Source of the DNA: a virus
Taxonomy: Duplodnaviria; Caudoviricetes
DNA length: 64,000 nt
Virus record (IMG/VR): IMGVR_UViG_2645727757_000001
Span: 96,001 to 160,000 of that record
Strand: one strand, 5' to 3'
Part shown: one piece after another, positions 59,312 to 64,000 of the stretch
Layout: each line of letters opens with the position of its first letter
Position numbering within the stretch: the first letter of the stretch is position 1
Made by a program: the position numbers and the translations under genes
Notes under the pieces: model-generated
Seen by the model: the letters and a program-made list of their open reading frames with translations, nothing else
The model's database searches: none
What the model was told of the DNA's origin: nothing

Positions 59312-61152
59312 ATGGCAAGTCCAACTATGAGTACATTAACAAGTTTTAGTGGTTCAGACCTTTTAGTAAGTTTCGCTAATAGAGTAGTAGGAGAACTACA
59401 AGCCTTATCTTGGGGTATTGAACGTGAATGTGCACCAATATTCACATTAGGTTCAGCAGATGCAAGATCATTCAGTAGAGGTTAGCTTTAGCCTCCTTCA
59501 TACGGTGACGTGTGATGTAAAACTTCGTTAATTGCTGGGAAGTCCTAAAGCTCACAACACTACAAAGTAAGGATGAAATAAGCCTAAGCTTGAATGTTAC
59601 GAAAGTAGAAAAAAGGTGTGAGATAGCAATAAGGTTAAATCCTAAGTTGCTTTATAATGGATAATCAGCAGGAAAGTCCCGAATAGGGAAATCTTCAACG
59701 ACTATCCCTTGGTATCTGAAATGGTACAATAGGAGTAGGGCTTAATACTATGTATTAAGTAGGTGAGAATCCTTTAAATCGAAATGCGAAGGGAGTTTGT
59801 TATGGCAACTAAGTTATTTGAAAAGAAATATACATTTAATGAAAAATTCCTATACACAGATAGTAATGAGCTATGGTACTTCTTAGGATTAGTAGCAGCA
59901 GATGGTTATGTTACTGAAGAAAGAATGGAATTAGTATTAAATGAAAAAGATTTACACATACTGGAGTTTTTTCAGAATATAATACAACCAGATAAACCTA
60001 TATATCATAGAAAAAGTGTAAATGCTTATAAAATTGCAATAGATGATTATAAATTTGCAAAGCATTTAAAGAAAATATTCTCTATGGAATCAAATAAAAA
60101 ACATGAGGAATTAGTTTTTCCAGATGTTCCTAAAGAATATATAAAAGATTTTATAAGAGGATATATAGATGGTGATGGATGTATAACTAAATGTTCTGGT
60201 CAAAGAAATTTTCCGAAGTTAGGATATAAAAAAATATATCGAGGTGTAGAGTTAAAAATTTTAGGAAACGAAAATTTTCTACTTGAAATGGTAAATAAGC
60301 TACAAGAGATATATCCTAACAAAACAAAGAGTATAAGAAAAAAAGGAAAAGAAAATGTGTATGTTGTAAATTATAATTTCAAAGTTGCAGAGGGTATATT
60401 AAATGAATTATATAAAGATAGTAAAGTTCATTTAAAGAGGAAATATGAGAGATTTATATACCTTAAAAATAACAAAGTCTGTGATGTAGTCTATTCCCCT
60501 TAAAAATATCGGGAAACCGAGGGTGTAAAAGAAAAGAGCTATTGCTGGAAATATGCAATTCGCTATGTTTGACCAAGATGCTGTAGTAAATGCACTACAA
60601 ATGGTATGGGATAAAATAGCACCACCTGCAATGTATACAGCTGCCGGAAATCTAGCACTTAGAAAATCAGAAGATTTTTCAACAGTATTAGATTTATTAA
60701 ACTGGAATAAGAAATCATCTGAAACAACTAATATAAGTGAAAATTCAGAAGCGTATGGTTTCTCTGGAACTAGTGCAATTAAACCTGGTTTAGTTGAAGG
60801 TTCAAATGGAGCACCAATAATTAATAATAATGAAATTACTGGATGGAATAAAGGTGATTCAGTTCACGTACCAGCAGGATTCTCACCAATTAGAGGGGAA
60901 AACATTCTTTATGCTGATACTCTTCCAGCATTTGATGTTACTATGACATATGCCAATGAATTTGGACAATGTGCGTTCCAAAAAATATATGATGTAACTA
61001 TCCTTAATGAAAGCTCTGGTGTATCAGTTGATACCATAGTGACAGAAAAGAAATATACTTATGTTGCTAGAAGATTATCACCATTAATAAAAGGAATATA
61101 CTCTAGAGAAGAAGGCGGCTTAATGAAGGGAATGTCACCTACAGGAGTTTAA
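59312..61152 (+). CDS. tail tube protein, spliced: exon1 59312-59482 + exon2 60532-61152 (263 aa)
   Basis: Exon1 MASPTMSTLTSFSGSDL...GELQALSW...APIFTLGS.DARSFSRG joins in frame to KRAIAGNMQF...YADTLPAFDVT.TYANEFG...YVAR. Confidence 0.88.
59483..60531 (+). ncRNA. group I self-splicing intron
   Basis: P1 gaggU/Gcctc at the 5' splice site; P aattgctgggaa, Q aatcagcagg, R tcaacgacta, S atgtagtc (P7 GACUA/UAGUC); terminal G at 60531 restores the frame. Confidence 0.92.
59784..60503 (+). CDS. intron-encoded LAGLIDADG homing endonuclease
   Basis: WYFLGLVAADG and FIRGYIDGDG with intact catalytic Asp; likely ATG start at 59802. Confidence 0.92.
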   Translation: MRREFVMATKLFEKKYTFNEKFLYTDSNELWYFLGLVAADGYVTEERMELVLNEKDLHILEFFQNIIQPDKPIYHRKSVNAYKIAIDDYKFAKHLKKIFSMESNKKHEELVFPDVPKEYIKDFIRGYIDGDGCITKCSGQRNFPKLGYKKIYRGVELKILGNENFLLEMVNKLQEIYPNKTKSIRKKGKENVYVVNYNFKVAEGILNELYKDSKVHLKRKYERFIYLKNNKVCDVVYSP

Positions 61153-61156
61153 AAAC

Positions 61157-61188
61157 AAAATCCAAGTATAGTTATTATACTTGGATTT
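61157..61188 (+). terminator. intrinsic terminator
   Basis: aaaatccaagtata-gtta-ttatacttggatttt followed by T-rich tract. Confidence 0.75.
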
Positions 61189-61255
61189 TATTTTGAAAAA
61201 TAAGGTAATATAAATAAAAAATTTATTAAATGTTTTTGTTAGGAGTGTAGTTTAC

Positions 61256-62407
61256 GTGGCAAAAAATTTTTTAGAAGAATTAAGCAATAGTTATGTAATA
61301 CCAACTCAAATAGGTATTCAAAGTAAAAACAAACCATTAGATATGAGGGATAATTGTGATACTGTTGAAGATTTTGATACTGTAGCACAAAAAGGTATGG
61401 ATATTAAATATCATGGTCTTATTACTACTGAAAAACAAACAGGACTAACTAAGGTATGTAAACTAGTAGAAGATGCTTATGTTTGGGAAGTGCTTGGAGC
61501 AAAAGGAGAAAAAGGTGATACTGGTGAACAAGGACCAATAGGACCTAAAGGGGAACAAGGAATACAAGGCTTAAAAGGAGAAACTGGTGAAGTTGGACCA
61601 CAAGGACCAGCAGGAGAGCAAGGTTTACAAGGACCTAAAGGAGATACTGGTGAACAAGGACCTAAAGGTGAAACAGGCGAACAAGGTCCACAAGGTTTAA
61701 AAGGTGAACCAGGTACAAACGGAAAAGAAGTAGTTATTCAGAAAGGTTTAACTCACATACAATGGAAATATGCAGATGAAGAAGAGTGGAAAGATGTCGT
61801 TGCTTTAACTGAATTAACTGGAGCACAAGGGCCTAAGGGTGAAAAAGGAGATGTAGGAATACAAGGACCTAAAGGAGATCAAGGTCTTAAAGGTGAAACT
61901 GGGGAAATTGGACCACAAGGGCCTAAAGGAGAGATTGGACCACAAGGACCTAAAGGTGATAAGGGTGATCCAGTTCAAGTTGATGATAACCTAACATCAT
62001 CATCTAGTGTAAATGCTTTAAGCTCTAATCAAGGTAAAATTTTAAAAGAAAAAATTGATGCTGTAGAAAAAATGCTTGGTGGAAAATCATTAAAATATAC
62101 TACACAAGCAGAATACGATTTATTACCAGAAGAACAAAAAACAGATGTAAATACTGTATGGAATATAACTGATAAACCAGAACCAATACTTAAAGGTGAA
62201 GGAGCACCAGTTAGTACGCCTAACTTTATTGGTCAAGTATATATGGATTTAACTGATAAAAAGCAATATTTAGCTTTTGGAACTAGTAACGCAGAAGATT
62301 GGATAATCCAAGGAGTACAAGCTGGACCTGCATTATGGACTGGTACTCAACAAGAATATGATGCTATAGAAGCCAAAGATGAAAATACATTGTATTTTAT
62401 AAAATAA
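61256..62407 (+). CDS. collagen-like fibre protein
   Basis: Two G-X-Y blocks ([11 protein letters not shown]...), IQWKY linker, [10 protein letters not shown] and TQ.EYD repeats typical of phage fibres. Confidence 0.9.
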   Translation: MAKNFLEELSNSYVIPTQIGIQSKNKPLDMRDNCDTVEDFDTVAQKGMDIKYHGLITTEKQTGLTKVCKLVEDAYVWEVLGAKGEKGDTGEQGPIGPKGEQGIQGLKGETGEVGPQGPAGEQGLQGPKGDTGEQGPKGETGEQGPQGLKGEPGTNGKEVVIQKGLTHIQWKYADEEEWKDVVALTELTGAQGPKGEKGDVGIQGPKGDQGLKGETGEIGPQGPKGEIGPQGPKGDKGDPVQVDDNLTSSSSVNALSSNQGKILKEKIDAVEKMLGGKSLKYTTQAEYDLLPEEQKTDVNTVWNITDKPEPILKGEGAPVSTPNFIGQVYMDLTDKKQYLAFGTSNAEDWIIQGVQAGPALWTGTQQEYDAIEAKDENTLYFIK

Positions 62408-62414
62408 AAACACA

Positions 62415-62445
62415 AGTTAGCCTATTATGAAAAAATAGGCTAACT
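62415..62445 (+). terminator. terminator-like hairpin
   Basis: aagttagcctatt...aataggctaactt. Confidence 0.6.
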
Positions 62446-62471
62446 TATATATATTAATTTGGAGTGAATTT

Positions 62472-64000
62472 ATGATTGAAAGAGTTTATAATGGAGAATC
62501 TTATATAGATGCCATATCACAAGGAACAGATACTATTAAATATAATATTAAAAAAGAATTAGGAGATCATTTAAAACTTCTTACTCATTCTGGATTATAC
62601 AACTTAGATTATAATTTAAATATGATTGATTGTGAATTTAATAAAGGCTTAGAGTATGAAGTTGAAGAGGTTTGTTATTCTACTGATAATTATGTATATG
62701 TATTAAGCGGAGAACGTACTGTAAGAAAACTTTCTAAAGACTTAGAAGAAATTGCAGTATATAGGTCAGATAAACAAGTAAATAGAATAACAATTGATGA
62801 TAAAAACAATGTGTATGTATATGGAGGAAACTACTTAATTAAGTTAAATAATAATTTAGAACTTATAAAATCAACGTATTATGAAAGAATTAATAATCTT
62901 ATATATGCTGGTAATAATAAGTTATTCTTAACTGTAAGTAGTGGTATGTGCTATATAATAGATGCAGATACATTACAATATTCAAAAAGTTATTCTTTTT
63001 TTGAAATAGTAAGAAATGCGTATATAGATAGTGAAGGAAACTACTATGTAAATAGTGATGATAAAGTAGCTAAATTGGATAAAGATTTTACTCTTATAAA
63101 AAAAGTAACAGTAGAATCAACTTCTCTATATATTAAAGACGCTAACACATTTTATGCTATAAAAACTGGTGGTAATTTTAAAATATCTAAGTTAAATGAA
63201 AATCTAGAAGTAGTAGCTTCATATGATTCTCCAATTAGAGGTGATTTATATAAAGTAAAGGACGGATATTTTATGTTCTGCGATATGGGTGGAATTACAA
63301 AATTAAATGAGAATTTAGAACTTATTAATAAATTAGAAAGATATGTGTCGCAATGTGATATAGATGAAAACCTAAATGTATATATTTATGGAAGTGGCGT
63401 TATTTGTAAATATAATGATAATCTTGAAAAAGTTAAAGAGATAGCTATTAATGATTATCCCGACATATTATACTGTCTTAATAATAAATTATATGTACCG
63501 TCATCAGATGGAGTTAAGATTTATAATGAAAACTTAGAGTTGGTAAAAGAAATAGATTATATATTATCTGTTAGAAATATATTCAGCAATTTAGGTGAAG
63601 TATATACAGTTACTTCCAATTATAACCTATATAAAATAAATGAAGGTCTTGATGACATAAAATCATTAGTCAAACTAGGAGAAAGATATATAGGATTATT
63701 ATATGATGGAAGAGTATACACTCTAAACTACGATAACAAAATAAGAAGATTTAATAATAATGCCGAAGAAGTTAGCTCATTAGATTTAAAGCCAAGAAGA
63801 ATTGATTATTTTGTTATTACTGATAATATATATGTTCAAACAGATTATACAAAAATCAGTAAAGTTGATAAAGGATTATCTAAAATTAATATTTATACAG
63901 CTAAAAGCGATATAGACAAGCTACATTGTATGAAAGGTACTAATAATATTCTTATACAAGATTATGATAGTGCTCTTACTGTAATAAATTCAAAACTTGA
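62472..64000 (+). CDS. beta-propeller-like repeat protein (partial, runs off window)
   Basis: GGAG RBS; MIERVYNGESYID... open through the part translated by hand, with recurring (I/V)D..N.Y and KLN.NLE.(V/I) blades. Confidence 0.7.
   Translation, partial: MIERVYNGESYIDAISQGTDTIKYNIKKELGDHLKLLTHSGLYNLDYNLNMIDCEFNKGLEYEVEEVCYSTDNYVYVLSGERTVRKLSKDLEEIAVYRSDKQVNRITIDDKNNVYVYGGNYLIKLNNNLELIKSTYYERINNLIYAGNNKLFLTVSSGMCYIIDADTLQYSKSYSFFEIVRNAYIDSEGNYYVNSDDKVAKLDKDFTLIKKVTVESTSLYIKDANTFYAIKTGGNFKISKLNENLEVVASYDSPIRGDLYKVKDGYFMFCDMGGITKLNENLELINKLERYVSQCDIDENLNVYIYGSGVICKYNDNLEKVKEIAINDYPDILYCLNNKLYVPSSDGVKIYNENLELVKEIDYILSVRNIFSNLGEVYTVTSNYNLYKINEGLDDIKSLVKLGERYIGLLYDGRVYTLNYDNKIRRFNNNAEEVSSLDLKPRRIDYFVITDNIYVQTDYTKISKVDKGLSKINIYTAKSDIDKLHCMKGTNNILIQDYDSALTVINSKL

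Noticed and set aside
119-59445. Numerous antisense shadow ORFs in the track (e.g. 119-304, 12529-12987, 28418-28804, 39517-40188, 59248-59445)
   Set aside because: Ser/Phe/Leu-rich mirror translations lying opposite well-supported genes

Overview
AT-rich 64 kb segment of a large Clostridium-type (Firmicutes) myovirus that probably also lives as a plasmid (phage-plasmid). The left half (1-28.8 kb, minus strand) is an accessory/early arm. It carries RadC, a lone GroES, a tandem array of SpoIIIAC-like small membrane proteins, two FtsK/SpoIIIE ATPases, a ParM/ParR partition pair, several SSB-like paralogs, a Macro-SLOG-like fusion and a YonO-type single-subunit RNA polymerase (DxDGD). The middle (29-39 kb) holds four tandem HTH + catalytically dead LAGLIDADG paralogs, a Rep_3 initiator with a bipartite iteron origin, and a second HTH initiator with 24-bp iterons and DnaA boxes. 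The right half (39-64 kb, plus strand) is the virion operon: TerS, TerL, endolysin/holin, portal, protease, capsid, two sheath paralogs, a tail tube gene split by a group I intron with an intact LAGLIDADG endonuclease, and collagen-like and propeller-repeat proteins. Three signals stand out. (1) Two inverted copies, 15 kb apart, of a GC-rich ~116-nt element; each is closed by its own unrelated long stem and conserves cGNAg DNA-triloop hairpins. (2) The nuclease-dead LAGLIDADG array. (3) The SpoIIIAC-like array with the double FtsK module. All family calls come from motif recognition by eye; no database search was run.
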